DNA of 59,853 nt, counting the filler. It is 3 parts of 3 records of this genome, joined end to end, with 100 filler letters (N's around TTAATTAATTAA, not from the genome) between each part and the next. Parts side by side here need not be neighbours in the genome. Positions count along the whole stretch, not along the records: positions 1 to 28,911 come from DRR723986_10974; 2 more parts are not named here. The stretch is one strand, 5' to 3'. A model generated the notes under the pieces. The model was not told the DNA's origin and did not search any database. It saw only the letters and a program-made list of their open reading frames with translations. The position numbers and the translations under genes were made by a program. Below are positions 10,647 to 21,524 of the stretch, piece after piece. Position 1 is the stretch's first letter. The number at the start of each line of letters is the position of its first letter.

Positions 10647-11390
10647 TCAGGATTTCAAAAATGATTCACAGGCTTTGACAAAGGCATCTTTCCTACGAAC
10701 AGAAATTTCCAATTTCAATCCATTGGATAAGGTTACATACCCTGATTTTGAATAACCTTTGATGAAATTCAAATTAATAAGATGGGAATTATGGATTCTG
10801 AAAAACCCAAAATCTAACAACAGCCCCTCAAAGTACTTCAGTGTTTTAGAAACAGTATATTTTTTCCCATCCTTGGAAAACACGTGGGTATAATTAATAG
10901 CAGCCTCACATCTTAAAATGTCCTGAATTGACAGAAATTCAAAGCCATCTTTGGTAGGTAAACTGATTTTCTTTGAATTGGGTAGCTGGGAAATATGTCC
11001 CATTAGCACATCTACCCTTTCTTTAAGCTGCTTTTGATGCATTTTATCTGTGGCCTTTTGAAATGCCACTAGAAAATCCTGCCTATCGATAGGCTTCAAT
11101 AAGTAATCAACAGCCGAAAACCGAAAAGCATCTAAAGCATATTGTTCATATGAAGTGGTAAAAACCAGACAAAAATCAACGTATTCACTTCCTGAAAGCA
11201 CCTCAAAGCCGGTTCTATTTCCTAGCATCACATCCAAGAATACCAAATCCGGCCTGTGAATTTCCAGTCCTTCAATTGCAGAATCAACAGAATCAAAGCA
11301 AACTATAACGGATGATTTCTGATATGGCTTCAAAAAAGCAAGGATGCGATCTGTGCAATGTTGCTCGTCATCAATTATTGCTATTGTCAT
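10647..11390 (-). CDS. LytTR-family response regulator
   Basis: REC domain (IIDDE, DLVFLDV, DYLLKP) plus LytTR domain (FFRIHNSHLINL, ISVRRK); ATG at 11390. Confidence 0.92.
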   Translation of the reverse strand: MTIAIIDDEQHCTDRILAFLKPYQKSSVIVCFDSVDSAIEGLEIHRPDLVFLDVMLGNRTGFEVLSGSEYVDFCLVFTTSYEQYALDAFRFSAVDYLLKPIDRQDFLVAFQKATDKMHQKQLKERVDVLMGHISQLPNSKKISLPTKDGFEFLSIQDILRCEAAINYTHVFSKDGKKYTVSKTLKYFEGLLLDFGFFRIHNSHLINLNFIKGYSKSGYVTLSNGLKLEISVRRKDAFVKACESFLKS

Positions 11391-11398
11391 TTCCCAAG

Positions 11399-13168
11399 TC
11401 AAAAGGCAAGATGTAAAGGTAAAATGATTTCCACACGTGTTCCTGAAGCCGAAGTATTATCGATTATGCGGAGCTCACCCTGAAATCCATATTTTTCTCG
11501 AAGGATTTTGATACGGCTTTCAGTGATTGATACTCCCATGGATTTTTTCTCAGTATCACTATTTTTATTATTTCTTCCTACTCCATTATCTTGTACGGAG
11601 CAGAGCAATTTATCTTTTTCCTTCTTAAAATTAATTTCAATCAGACCTTTTTCCTGCATTCCTAGAAAAGCATGCCAGATACAATTTTCTATAAATGGCT
11701 GTAGAATCATCGGTGGAACCAAAATATTGCCTGGCTCCAAGTCTTCTGAAATGTTGATTTGGTAAGTAAATTTACCTGCTTGTCTTTTACTCTCCACCTG
11801 CAGGTATAATTCCAAAAATCTAATATCATCACTCAGCTGAATTTCATTCAAAGCAGAATTTTCCAAAACCATTCTCATAAGTTTCCCAAACTTGGAAAGG
11901 TAGTCCTGTGCTGCATCAGCGTCATTTTTTAAAATATAATCCCCAATGGAATTCAAGGAATTAAATATAAAATGAGGGTTCATCTGAGACCTGAGGGCCT
12001 TTAGTTCAGTTTCCGAAACCAACGCCTTGAAATCGGCTTCCTTCTTTGCTGTCAAGGCATCTCTGCGTCGCATGTAAAAATAGCTGGCGATCAACAAACC
12101 TGTCAGGATTAATATACCTGTCCAGAGGGTGTATTTCCTGACCAATTTTTGCTTTTCGATTTCGGCAGCAGCTTGAGTTCTTTCTTTTTCAAAATCAAAA
12201 GCCATTTGCTTCCTATTGATCTCCACACGGCGGTTCTGATTATTCAAACTATCCTTCAAAGTAGAAAAGCTACGGTATGCATCCAATGCCTCTTTGAAGT
12301 TTCCCTCGGCGGCATAAATATCTGACAAGGTGCCCCATGCAGATTTTTGAATAAAAAGATTCCCTTGTATCAAGCTGTATTCCAGAGATTCCTGAGCTAG
12401 TGCAGCCGCGTTTTCCAAATCCCCTGTTCCAAGATAGGCCATCGCTGCATTGGCATAGGCAGTGGGTTTTACAAAATCAATTTCAAGCGAATCAACCAGT
12501 TTTAGACTTTTTTCTGCTGTCGTAATCGACTGCTCAGGTTGACCAGCCTGGAAATAGGTCAAAGAAAGGTTGCTGTACAAATTGGCTTGCTGAGTAGGAT
12601 TGGTGTTTATCTGCGCATGCTCCAGCCCCTTGCTGAAATAGAAAATAGCTGAATCATACATTTTTAGAGATCCATAAATATTTCCAATATTCAGGATCGC
12701 CGTCAATTCGGCAGCTGCACTGTTATCAGAAACCTCCCTAAACAAGTCAAGTGCCTTTTTATACTCTTCCTGTTCGTAATAAATGGTAGCTATATTCCCT
12801 TTTATCCCCCACTGGTATTCATTTAGATGAGCATGTGACTCTGCCAGGTTAAGAGCCTGAAGGTAATAGTCCAAGGCCTTAAATGGGTTGGAAAACGTGT
12901 ATTGATAGATCAATCCAAGTCGTTCATCAGCCATCAAAACACCTTTCTGATATCCTAAAATTTCAGCAGCCGACAAAGTTTGCAAAGCCATATCCAACAA
13001 ATTGCTATCAGCAGTAATTGAAAAAAGGTTTTTCTTCAGATAATCATTTCTCTGATCAATCAGAATAGAGTCCTTTTGGGAAAGTTGGTGGATATCCAGA
13101 GCCAGAGTATCCTGGTCAACCAGCAGGAAAAAATCAAGGAAAAATACCAGTACAAGATAGAAGCCCAT
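11399..13168 (-). CDS. TPR-repeat sensor histidine kinase (LytS/His_kinase type)
   Basis: TPR repeats, TM helix, LKALRSQMNPHFIFNSLNSI, PPMILQPFIENCIWH, DNGVG. Confidence 0.92.
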   Translation of the reverse strand: MGFYLVLVFFLDFFLLVDQDTLALDIHQLSQKDSILIDQRNDYLKKNLFSITADSNLLDMALQTLSAAEILGYQKGVLMADERLGLIYQYTFSNPFKALDYYLQALNLAESHAHLNEYQWGIKGNIATIYYEQEEYKKALDLFREVSDNSAAAELTAILNIGNIYGSLKMYDSAIFYFSKGLEHAQINTNPTQQANLYSNLSLTYFQAGQPEQSITTAEKSLKLVDSLEIDFVKPTAYANAAMAYLGTGDLENAAALAQESLEYSLIQGNLFIQKSAWGTLSDIYAAEGNFKEALDAYRSFSTLKDSLNNQNRRVEINRKQMAFDFEKERTQAAAEIEKQKLVRKYTLWTGILILTGLLIASYFYMRRRDALTAKKEADFKALVSETELKALRSQMNPHFIFNSLNSIGDYILKNDADAAQDYLSKFGKLMRMVLENSALNEIQLSDDIRFLELYLQVESKRQAGKFTYQINISEDLEPGNILVPPMILQPFIENCIWHAFLGMQEKGLIEINFKKEKDKLLCSVQDNGVGRNNKNSDTEKKSMGVSITESRIKILREKYGFQGELRIIDNTSASGTRVEIILPLHLAF

Positions 13169-13311
13169 ATCAACGAGAAAAGCTCCTGTAAATTAAAGCT
13201 TTAGAACAAAAAATAAGTCATTCTATACAATTAATCTATCAAAGTCTACAGGAAATAAATTGCTCTTTCACTGCATTTCATTCAGGTTTAAATTTATCAA
13301 AAAGCCTAGAA

Positions 13312-13779
13312 ATGGAGATTCAAAAAATTCAAACGTATTTTTCAAAACCAGAAAAGGTTCTTTTGGGTGCCTGTGTAGCCACAGCTAGTAAAACCGGACT
13401 CTCGATCATCGCAATTAGGATAATGATTTTGGTCCTTACCATTTTCTATATACCCATTGGTCTACTACTCTATCTCGGATTATTCCTAGGACTGGTTTTG
13501 AATAAAGGGAAGACACTAACTTTTGCCCTTTTCGGGACACTGATCGGCATTCCCTTGAGTTATTATTTTCAGCCTGAGGTAGTGCAAAACTGGAGAGGCG
13601 GATCAGGTGTTTTTGGATACTTAAAAAACTTCCTGAGCATGGTGGAAGAATATGATCGCTTGGTCGGAAATGGTTGGGCATTAGTTCAGAACATGCTGTT
13701 GGCCATAGTGGTAACCACTCTTATTGGAGGTGCTATTGGATATTATTTGGATAAGAAAAACAAAACAAATCCCTCATGA
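13312..13779 (+). CDS. PspC-like N-terminal domain membrane protein
   Basis: KVLLGACVATASKTGLS..IRIM..VLT resembles PspC (LLGVCxGLAxxxG..VR); three or more hydrophobic segments. Confidence 0.55.
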   Translation: MEIQKIQTYFSKPEKVLLGACVATASKTGLSIIAIRIMILVLTIFYIPIGLLLYLGLFLGLVLNKGKTLTFALFGTLIGIPLSYYFQPEVVQNWRGGSGVFGYLKNFLSMVEEYDRLVGNGWALVQNMLLAIVVTTLIGGAIGYYLDKKNKTNPS

Positions 13780-14360
13780 AAAAATCCCTTATTTATACGC
13801 TGCTGCTTGCAAGCACTACTTTTTTGCTGGCTTGTTCCAGTGAAGACGATTCGCTGCCCAAAGCCTCAGAATATTACTTCAGCTTCAAAGTAAATGGTCA
13901 AGCTATGGACTATCCTTATCAACCTGAAAGCCAGATTAATCTAACAGGAGGCATTTATTTTGACGGAGTTAATGAATTAAATATCATGCAACTTTCAGGA
14001 AGTAAAGACATTTTTCAGCCCCTCAAAAATCAAGTGGTTTTCAGATTAGAGAATATAGAGGAATTTAAAGAAGGGACTAAGTATACAAATATACCGTCCA
14101 ATGGCTTCTTAGTTGCCCACTCCTTTTTATTTGGATATTATGACGAAAACGGTAAAAGCTTTCTTGCTTCTAAAAACAGTCCTCTTGCATCCCTCTGGGA
14201 TTCCGTTGAGATTGAGTTTAGTGAAATTAATGCGAATGGAATCACAGGAAGTTTTTCAGGAACTGCCTTAAATTATGATAGCAGCACCGGGATGAATGTA
14301 CTCACTGGGAAAGTGGAAATTACCGAGGGAAAATTCCATGTGCCAAGAAATAATGAATAA
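13776..14360 (+). CDS. Hypothetical beta-rich lipoprotein
   Basis: Lipobox LLACSSEDD; FSFKVNG and ITGSFSG...ITEGKF motifs common in Bacteroidota lipoproteins; ATGA overlap with upstream gene. Confidence 0.75.
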   Translation: MKKSLIYTLLLASTTFLLACSSEDDSLPKASEYYFSFKVNGQAMDYPYQPESQINLTGGIYFDGVNELNIMQLSGSKDIFQPLKNQVVFRLENIEEFKEGTKYTNIPSNGFLVAHSFLFGYYDENGKSFLASKNSPLASLWDSVEIEFSEINANGITGSFSGTALNYDSSTGMNVLTGKVEITEGKFHVPRNNE

Positions 14361-14451
14361 GGTTGGGAAATTGCTAATAGAACCACAGCATAAGTACTTC
14401 CAACAACCACCGAATTATTTATTTTTCAATAAAATCGATACGGAAATAGTT

Positions 14452-17400
14452 TTAGGTATTGACAGGCAAATCAATAACTAGCAAACATCCATGATTGGGT
14501 TGATTCTCAATAGTAAATGAGCCTTTAAGCATCTGAACTTTTGCTTCAATCCCAACTAAGCCCATTCCCCAGTCTTTTCGTTCTTTTTGAATACCAATTC
14601 CATCATCCTCGACTGTAATATTCAAAGTGTCCTCATGATTTATTAATTGAACTCGAAGATGTTTTGCAGAAGCATGTTTCAGCACATTTTGTATAAGCTC
14701 CTGACAGATCCTATACACTGTTAACTCAATTTGATCTTCTAACCTTCTTTCAAACCCAAGAACCTGAAGTTCTGCAATAATTGGCGTCGATTCATTTATA
14801 TCCTCTATCAGTGACTGCAAAGCAGAAGGCAGGCCAAATCTCCTCAAAGATACCGGTGACATATGATGCGCAATTTTCCTCACCTCTCCTATGGCAGCAT
14901 CCAGTTTATCCAAGGTTTCTTTTCCCTCCTGTAGCAGATGATTTTCATCGTACTTATCAAACATATTTGCCAAGCGAATTTTTATAGTGGAAAGTTGCGA
15001 TCCCAAGCTGTCGTGCAACTCGCCGGCAATCCTCTCTCGCTCATATTCCTGTACTTTCAGCAAGTCTTTAATGTGAACATTTTTCTGCTTCTCAATTAAA
15101 GTCATTAGATCCTGTTTTTGCTCTACTTCCAATTTAATCTCCTGGTTAAGCAATAAGCTCCTTTCATAGATCCTGGCATTTTCTAGAATTATTCCGCCTT
15201 GACTTGCTAGAATACGAACCCAGCGTATAATTTCATTGGAGTAATTAGCACTACAAAAACTACTTTCCAAGTAAATGATCATAGAGAGGCTATCTGAAAT
15301 CCCTACCGGGAAAATCATGCAGGATTTAATTCCAGTCTCATTGAGTAATCGAAGTTGCGGGAACCCATTATCAATTTCCAAATCATCGAAAATTAGGGGA
15401 GACTTTGTGCGGTACGACATCAGAAAAATTCCAGACAAATCAATTGCTCCAAAAATTTCCCGATTTCTTAAAGGTTTATTGAGGAGCTGCATTTCTCCCT
15501 TTTGGCCAAATTGCCCTTTCTCCTCTATTAATTGTATAGCCGCACCACTGGACGCAGAAATCCTAAGTAGGATTGTCAACAGTTTCTTTGAGATAAGCTC
15601 TGCATCCATTTCACCACCAAGTTCCCTTAGAATATTTTCTATATCCAAAGGATTGTTTTCCCTGATACTTGAATCAAATAAAAATGAGTATTGCCTCACC
15701 AGCTGCCTAACTTTTCTTTTTGCCTCCCACAATTCATAATTGTTAACTGATTCCAGGAAATAAAGCTTTGCTGAGTCGTAGTCTTTCTTTGCCAGGTAAT
15801 ATTTTCCGGTCAACTCATTGGATAAGGCAGCTTGATAAAGATTACTTCCGGCAAACTGACATGCTTGTTTATAATCCTGTTCTACCTGTAATTCATTTGC
15901 TCCCGATATTCTCCCAATTTCTGCTTTAAGTAACCAATAGTCAGAAGCATAGTTAGCTGCTGCATGATTATACCATGCGTTTAAGTCCCTAAAAACGCCT
16001 TTCAGCCAGGCTAGATTTTCCCGCTTCTCCTCCTCTTGCAGGTTACCCCAGTTCTGAGTTATAGAAAAACTCAGAATCAGAATATTTGCCGGCACTAAGG
16101 GGGAGGCTTCTTGTAATTTCTTGTTTTGATTTGCTTCCTCAGCGCAAGCTTTTGCCTGGTCGTAGTATCCAAAAAGGAAAAAATACCTTGCCAGTACGTA
16201 GTTTCTGTAGAATCGCTCCTCCTGCAAAGTCAGCTTTGCCGCCAGGCCACCTGGATGCTGTTTAGGAAGGGATAGAAAAGGGCTTTCAGTAGTCAAATAC
16301 CGAATCAACTCCTTTTGGTAATGCGTGATATAGTAGGTCAACTCCATACCAGGATATGATTCCCTGAAATCGAAAGATAAAAGTCCTGATATTGGTTTTC
16401 CACTTATAAAATGAAGATTAAAAAGGTGTGTTTTGAGGATGTATAAGCCAATAAGATCACCGGACTTTCTTCCAACTTCCATTCCTTCCTGCAAAAGAAT
16501 CGTGCTCTCATCAAAAGCTCTTTTCCATGGTTGAATATAAAATGCAAAAACCCCCAGCACTCTACATCTGTATTGAAGATCTTCTAGGGCTGTATTAATA
16601 TCAAGCCCCATTTTCCCAAATTCATATCCCCCGGTAAGATCCCCTGCAATAATCCGCATTCTTCCATAACTCACATATCCAATTGTACTTACATTGGGAA
16701 GCTTAAAGTATCGCGAACGCAAAATAAGCTGCAAGGCAGCCCAAGTCATCAAAGCTTCCGAAGTATGGTGCATCGCCATGCCTCCTATGTACAGCAACCT
16801 AAGAATAGACGATTGCCTTTCATCTTCTTCTTGTTCAAAAAGGGCATCAATTTTTGAACTTTGCAGAGAGACATGCTTTTGAAAAACCTGGATTTGCTTA
16901 GTAAGTTCCTGATCATTTGAAGGTATGTCAATACCGAGTTCCCCTAATATTTCCTGAAGAATAACAACAGCTTTTCGATATCGGCCCAAGTGGTTATTTA
17001 TGACAATCTTTAACTCAAAGGCTTCAGCTCTATGCTTTTGGATACTTAGATGCTCAATCAAAAAATCCAATTTGATTTCAGCTAAATCATATTCCCCAAG
17101 CAAGTATTCAATTTTAGCACTTTCTATATGTGCCTGAAAAAGAATTTCATTTACTTCATCCCATCGTAATCCTTTCAAAAGTTCAAGCGAAGCTTTTAAA
17201 AATATCTTTGCTTGGGAATATGCGTTTTCATCCTTCTGAAGCTTTGCTACTTCCAACAAGATAGTTGCCGCATGCACTTTCTCTCCGGTCTGGGAAATAC
17301 TGTCGGTTCCAAATTGTAAATGTTGGGCTATAATGACCTTATCAGAGTTGCTTAAAAGGCTAAAATTATCCCTGAGTAAAACTTTTGCCAGTTGAAAGTG

Positions 17401-18585
17401 ATAGAATGATTTTTGTTTATTCGTGAGTCCGGAATAAATAAATTCCCGAAAATAACTTTCAGAAAACAAATATTTTCCATGATTAACCACTAATATCCCA
17501 TCGGAAATAAGATGTGCTAAAACGCTTTTAGCATCAGGAATATCAGCACAAAGGTGTTCAAGGTCATTTTCGGAAAGTTGTTCTGCACAGGCATTCAATC
17601 CTACAATTTTTTTAGCTGAATCAGAAAGGGAATTTAATCGCTCCTGATAAAATTGGGTAGAGTTAACACCCTGAAATCGAGCCTTTATCTCTGTGACATT
17701 GCCTCTCCAGCCCTCTTTGTCTTTCACCAGGAGTTTTTCCTGAACAAGCGCATCAACCAAGGTGGTCAATAGTGCTGGGTTCCCTTTCCCCAATTGATGA
17801 ATCAACTGGCTCGCAGTTAATTCACATTTCCCTCCCAACAGTTGCTCTATAAAAAGCCGGCTTTGATCTAGGGTAAATTCTCCCAATTCTATCCTTTGAA
17901 TATGCTTTTGGTCAAAGCCGAGTGAACCAATTAATTGATCAACTTGCCCTAAATCTTCTTCAGAATCACGAACTGCGCCTAACCAAAGCAACTTGGATGG
18001 GGGAATGTGTGTGAGTAGGTATTGCAGTAAGTTTGCACTGGAACCATCAATCCACTGCAAATCATCTGTAAAAAGAATCAGTACCCGATCTGAAAAATCA
18101 CTGAAATATTCAAAAAATACTTTAAAAAGGTAATACAGCTGATTTTCCATTTTTGGTGTATTGGAAATCTCTTGCTTGCCCCCTTTAGGTACGAGCATCG
18201 TCAGTTCAGGAATATATTCACACATCAAAGCGAAATTTTCCCCCAATGCAAGACTTAAACCTTCCGAAAACGAAACGAACGTGTCAGGGTCCATCTCTCT
18301 GAACTTGGTTCTTAAGTAATTTCCAATTGCCAATTTCAAACCTGCGTAGGGAACATGTTGAAGTTGGGGCGATTGACTGCTGATCAACACATCAAAGCTT
18401 GAGTTTTGTAGGTATTTTTCTATTAAAAAAGTCTTGCCGGCACCTGTTTTACCGATAATTACTGCCCCATTCCATAAGGTATTCGAAGGGTGAAGCATCC
18501 TCTTCAAATATCCATCCAACTGGTCGAGTAAAAGATTATGAATGGATAGGTCTTCTGGAACACTAGGTGGGAATGAGCTTTGCAT
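14452..18585 (-). CDS. STAND/AAA_16 ATPase - helical repeat - GAF - HisKA_3 histidine kinase, with no N-terminal Ser/Thr kinase domain
   Basis: Walker A IIGKTGAGKT near residue 45; Walker B LILFTDDLQWID; GNP motif; GAF (IKSCMIFPV..IIYLES); ERERIAGELHDSLG; EDDGIG and GMGL boxes. Confidence 0.88.
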   Translation of the reverse strand: MQSSFPPSVPEDLSIHNLLLDQLDGYLKRMLHPSNTLWNGAVIIGKTGAGKTFLIEKYLQNSSFDVLISSQSPQLQHVPYAGLKLAIGNYLRTKFREMDPDTFVSFSEGLSLALGENFALMCEYIPELTMLVPKGGKQEISNTPKMENQLYYLFKVFFEYFSDFSDRVLILFTDDLQWIDGSSANLLQYLLTHIPPSKLLWLGAVRDSEEDLGQVDQLIGSLGFDQKHIQRIELGEFTLDQSRLFIEQLLGGKCELTASQLIHQLGKGNPALLTTLVDALVQEKLLVKDKEGWRGNVTEIKARFQGVNSTQFYQERLNSLSDSAKKIVGLNACAEQLSENDLEHLCADIPDAKSVLAHLISDGILVVNHGKYLFSESYFREFIYSGLTNKQKSFYHFQLAKVLLRDNFSLLSNSDKVIIAQHLQFGTDSISQTGEKVHAATILLEVAKLQKDENAYSQAKIFLKASLELLKGLRWDEVNEILFQAHIESAKIEYLLGEYDLAEIKLDFLIEHLSIQKHRAEAFELKIVINNHLGRYRKAVVILQEILGELGIDIPSNDQELTKQIQVFQKHVSLQSSKIDALFEQEEDERQSSILRLLYIGGMAMHHTSEALMTWAALQLILRSRYFKLPNVSTIGYVSYGRMRIIAGDLTGGYEFGKMGLDINTALEDLQYRCRVLGVFAFYIQPWKRAFDESTILLQEGMEVGRKSGDLIGLYILKTHLFNLHFISGKPISGLLSFDFRESYPGMELTYYITHYQKELIRYLTTESPFLSLPKQHPGGLAAKLTLQEERFYRNYVLARYFFLFGYYDQAKACAEEANQNKKLQEASPLVPANILILSFSITQNWGNLQEEEKRENLAWLKGVFRDLNAWYNHAAANYASDYWLLKAEIGRISGANELQVEQDYKQACQFAGSNLYQAALSNELTGKYYLAKKDYDSAKLYFLESVNNYELWEAKRKVRQLVRQYSFLFDSSIRENNPLDIENILRELGGEMDAELISKKLLTILLRISASSGAAIQLIEEKGQFGQKGEMQLLNKPLRNREIFGAIDLSGIFLMSYRTKSPLIFDDLEIDNGFPQLRLLNETGIKSCMIFPVGISDSLSMIIYLESSFCSANYSNEIIRWVRILASQGGIILENARIYERSLLLNQEIKLEVEQKQDLMTLIEKQKNVHIKDLLKVQEYERERIAGELHDSLGSQLSTIKIRLANMFDKYDENHLLQEGKETLDKLDAAIGEVRKIAHHMSPVSLRRFGLPSALQSLIEDINESTPIIAELQVLGFERRLEDQIELTVYRICQELIQNVLKHASAKHLRVQLINHEDTLNITVEDDGIGIQKERKDWGMGLVGIEAKVQMLKGSFTIENQPNHGCLLVIDLPVNT

Positions 18586-18706
18586 CTAAACTAAATGAAA
18601 ATTAAGAAATACACTTAGTGCTAAACTAAGAAGCAAAACAAGGAGTTGGTATATTTTTAGGGGGAATTATAATACCGGGAAGCTAGAATTCTAACAGATC
18701 AAGCTG

Positions 18707-19519
18707 TCAACCTAAGGAATATGCGGTGATGGCATCATTCACAGAGCCATGAATCTCCAATAGTTCGGCAGCCTTTTCATAAGATAAAGATGGTATTTCT
18801 GAAATAAGCATCCGTACTCCTCTATCAACAAGTTTGGTATTGCTGAGCTGCATATGAACCATCTTATTGCCTTTCACTTTCCCTAAACGAATCATAAGAC
18901 TAGTACTGATCATGTTCAGGATCATTTTCTGTGCAGTACCTGACTTCATTCTTGTGCTTCCAGTGACAAACTCAGCTCCAACCTCCACTTCTATGGGGTG
19001 GATTGCATAGGCAGAAATAGGTGCATGGGAATTGCATGAAATACTTGCTGTCATAATCCCCTGCTTTCTTGCTTCTTTAAGTCCACCAAGTACGTATGGG
19101 GTTTTGCCTGATGCGGCAATTCCTATAACTGTATCATTCTGGTTTAACTTATACTTGGAAAGGTCTATCCAAGCTTGATTTACATCATCTTCCGCTCCTT
19201 CGACAGCAGACCTTATGGCTTTATCGCCTCCTGCTATCAACCCAACGATCAAATCCGGGGAAGCTCCAAAGGTTGGGGGTATTTCAGATGCATCCAGCAC
19301 GCCTAATCTTCCGGATGTGCCTGCGCCTATGTAAAACAGTCTCCCTCCAGCATTGAAATTTACAACCAACTTTTCTACAAGCTTTTCAAGCTGAGGAATT
19401 ACCTGCTGGACAGCGAGTGCTACTTTTTGATCTTCTTGATTGATAGATTCCAACAACTCCCCTAAAGGCATGGATTCTAAATTATCGTAGGAAGAAGGAG
19501 ATTCGGTAGCAAGATTCAT
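18707..19519 (-). CDS. murQ: N-acetylmuramic acid 6-phosphate etherase
   Basis: GAGTSGRLGVLDASEIPPTFG, AVEGAED, GIAASGKTPYV, EFVTGSTRMKSGTAQK, GNKMV. Confidence 0.95.
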   Translation of the reverse strand: MNLATESPSSYDNLESMPLGELLESINQEDQKVALAVQQVIPQLEKLVEKLVVNFNAGGRLFYIGAGTSGRLGVLDASEIPPTFGASPDLIVGLIAGGDKAIRSAVEGAEDDVNQAWIDLSKYKLNQNDTVIGIAASGKTPYVLGGLKEARKQGIMTASISCNSHAPISAYAIHPIEVEVGAEFVTGSTRMKSGTAQKMILNMISTSLMIRLGKVKGNKMVHMQLSNTKLVDRGVRMLISEIPSLSYEKAAELLEIHGSVNDAITAYSLG

Positions 19520-19546
19520 TGATATCAGGGAGTGGAAGGGATTTCT

Positions 19547-20404
19547 TTAATAATTAGCGAAGGTATGGCAATGATAATTTACGAGACCATCCATTGGGCG
19601 CTGCTCTATTTTTTGGATGGATTCTCCAAACTCATCAGCAACAGCCTTCAGGTGGAAAGCAAAATGGTAGGCTATAGAACCTGTAAATACAAGGGGAACA
19701 GATTTGTGGGATTTTCTATACGGCATAATATAATATTCAAAAAACTGCCGGAAATTCTGGTAAATAATTGAATGTATGACTGGGTTAGAAGCGTTTTTGA
19801 GTAGAAATGGAGTAAATGAGGCCAAAAATCGATTGGCTTGGGGCTGGTTGTAAATCTTATCCAGAATCATGCGTTGATTCAGGTCATACTCCCTAAAGAA
19901 TTCTTCTCGAAGGTCATCCCCCAGATTACCCTGAAGCAGTTCACGAATGAGATCTCTACATAATACTGTGCCGCTACCGTAGTCTCCCAGAATGAAACCC
20001 AAAGAAGGGACACTACCTATAATATCTTTTCCATCGTACAAACAGGAATTTGCTCCTGTCCCCAAAATGCAAGCAATGCCTGTTTCTCCCTGGAGTAAAC
20101 TTCTTGCCGCTCCCAATATATCACCGTTTACCTCGGCAGGTACTTGGGCTGGAAACAATTCATCCAGAACTCCTGCCAATTCAGCTGCTTTAGAAGGATG
20201 TCCACAGCCTGCCCCATAAAAAATAACTTTACCCACATCTGAAACCTTATCCAGCACCTTATTTCTAAGTTCTTTTTTGATTTCATCTGCGGCCAGAAAA
20301 TAGGGATTAAGTCCTTTTGATTTGAGGGATACTAAGCATTCACCTGATTTATCTATTAGTCTCCAATCAGTCTTAGTAGACCCACTATCTGCCAATAAAA
20401 GCAT
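19547..20404 (-). CDS. BadF/BcrAD-type N-acetyl-amino-sugar kinase (MurK/NagK-like)
   Basis: ADSGSTKTDW, GLNPYF, FYGAGC, ILGTGANSC, LGFILGDYGSG; directly upstream of murQ. Confidence 0.85.
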   Translation of the reverse strand: MLLLADSGSTKTDWRLIDKSGECLVSLKSKGLNPYFLAADEIKKELRNKVLDKVSDVGKVIFYGAGCGHPSKAAELAGVLDELFPAQVPAEVNGDILGAARSLLQGETGIACILGTGANSCLYDGKDIIGSVPSLGFILGDYGSGTVLCRDLIRELLQGNLGDDLREEFFREYDLNQRMILDKIYNQPQANRFLASFTPFLLKNASNPVIHSIIYQNFRQFFEYYIMPYRKSHKSVPLVFTGSIAYHFAFHLKAVADEFGESIQKIEQRPMDGLVNYHCHTFANY

Positions 20405-20487
20405 TCAGTAGTAATTTAATAGGAAAGAGCCTAGGCATAACCGAAGCTACATGATGTACAAATATGTTTTGAATAAGAAGAATTGCC

Positions 20488-20523
20488 ATCCCTGAAAATA
20501 GGGATTTGTCATAATCACCAGTG
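20488..20523 (-). promoter_or_regulatory. Putative NarL/LuxR operator upstream of kinase-murQ-HK operon
   Basis: Minus strand reads cactggtgatt-N7-atccctattttcagggat; near-identical to 21525-21560. Confidence 0.7.
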
Positions 20524-20584
20524 ATTATAATTGGCTAAGTTACCTTGCCTAAAGGTGGTAGAAGAAAAATGAAAAAGTATCCTA

Positions 20585-21220
20585 TTAACTAATCAGACCT
20601 TTTTTGTAGGCATTATTTACTAACTCAGCAGTATTTTTTGCCTTTAACTTATAGAGTAAGTTTTTCCGGTGAGTTTCTACCGTATTCTTACTGATAAAAA
20701 GTTTCTCGCCTATTTCAAGCGTAGTAAGTCCAATAGCAATGCATTCCAACACTTCGGTCTCCCTTCCGGATAGCCGTTCATTTACCTCGTATTTGGAAGA
20801 ATCCTTCAAAAAACTGGTCAATAGGATTTTACTCACTTCCTCACTGACATAGCTCTCACCGCTATGAATTGAGTGAATGGCATCAACTAGATCTTTTTTA
20901 CCGGTATTTTTAAGTATGTAACCACTAGCACCGCTTTTTAGCATATCCGAAATAAAGTGTCGGTCCCTATGCATGGAAAGACCAAGAATTTTAAGTTTCT
21001 TATTTGTTCTACTTAGCTCTTTTGTTGCTTCCACCCCATCCATTTCAGGCATGTTCACATCCATTATCACCAGATCAACCTGATTTTCCTTGCAATGCCG
21101 AATAGCTTCTTTTCCATTACAGGCTTCACCCACTACTTTTATCCCAGGCAGGTCTTTCAACAAGGCCCTTAAACCATCGATGAACATTTGATGGTCATCG
21201 GCTATCAGCACATTAATCAT
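20585..21220 (-). CDS. NarL/LuxR-family response regulator
   Basis: LIADDHQM, DLVIMDVNMP, GYILKN, LSGRETEVL..IGEKLFISKNTVETHRKNL. Confidence 0.93.
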   Translation of the reverse strand: MINVLIADDHQMFIDGLRALLKDLPGIKVVGEACNGKEAIRHCKENQVDLVIMDVNMPEMDGVEATKELSRTNKKLKILGLSMHRDRHFISDMLKSGASGYILKNTGKKDLVDAIHSIHSGESYVSEEVSKILLTSFLKDSSKYEVNERLSGRETEVLECIAIGLTTLEIGEKLFISKNTVETHRKNLLYKLKAKNTAELVNNAYKKGLIS

Positions 21221-21524
21221 AGTGTAAAAATTTAATAGTAAACTCTCTCCTCTACTTCAAGAGACTAATAGTAGTAGGTATTTATTGAATCCGACAACAA
21301 ATTTCCACCAACGGAATTCTCAATTATTCAAGACCCATCTTATCCTTTAAGTGGACTGGAATGCCTAACACTGCGATTTCTTTACTTACAAATTTTGAAT
21401 AAACAGGCCAAAAGCACTTTCACAGTGTCTATTGACCTATTTACGTTTAGTGATGATGAATTCTGTAATGCCTTAGAATGGTATATCATACACTCCATAA
21501 GTTAACTAATCTACCCTTATTTAG

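Noticed and set aside
13220-13255. tcta/taca repeats as a LytTR binding site
   Set aside because: Matches are too short in AT-rich DNA to distinguish from chance
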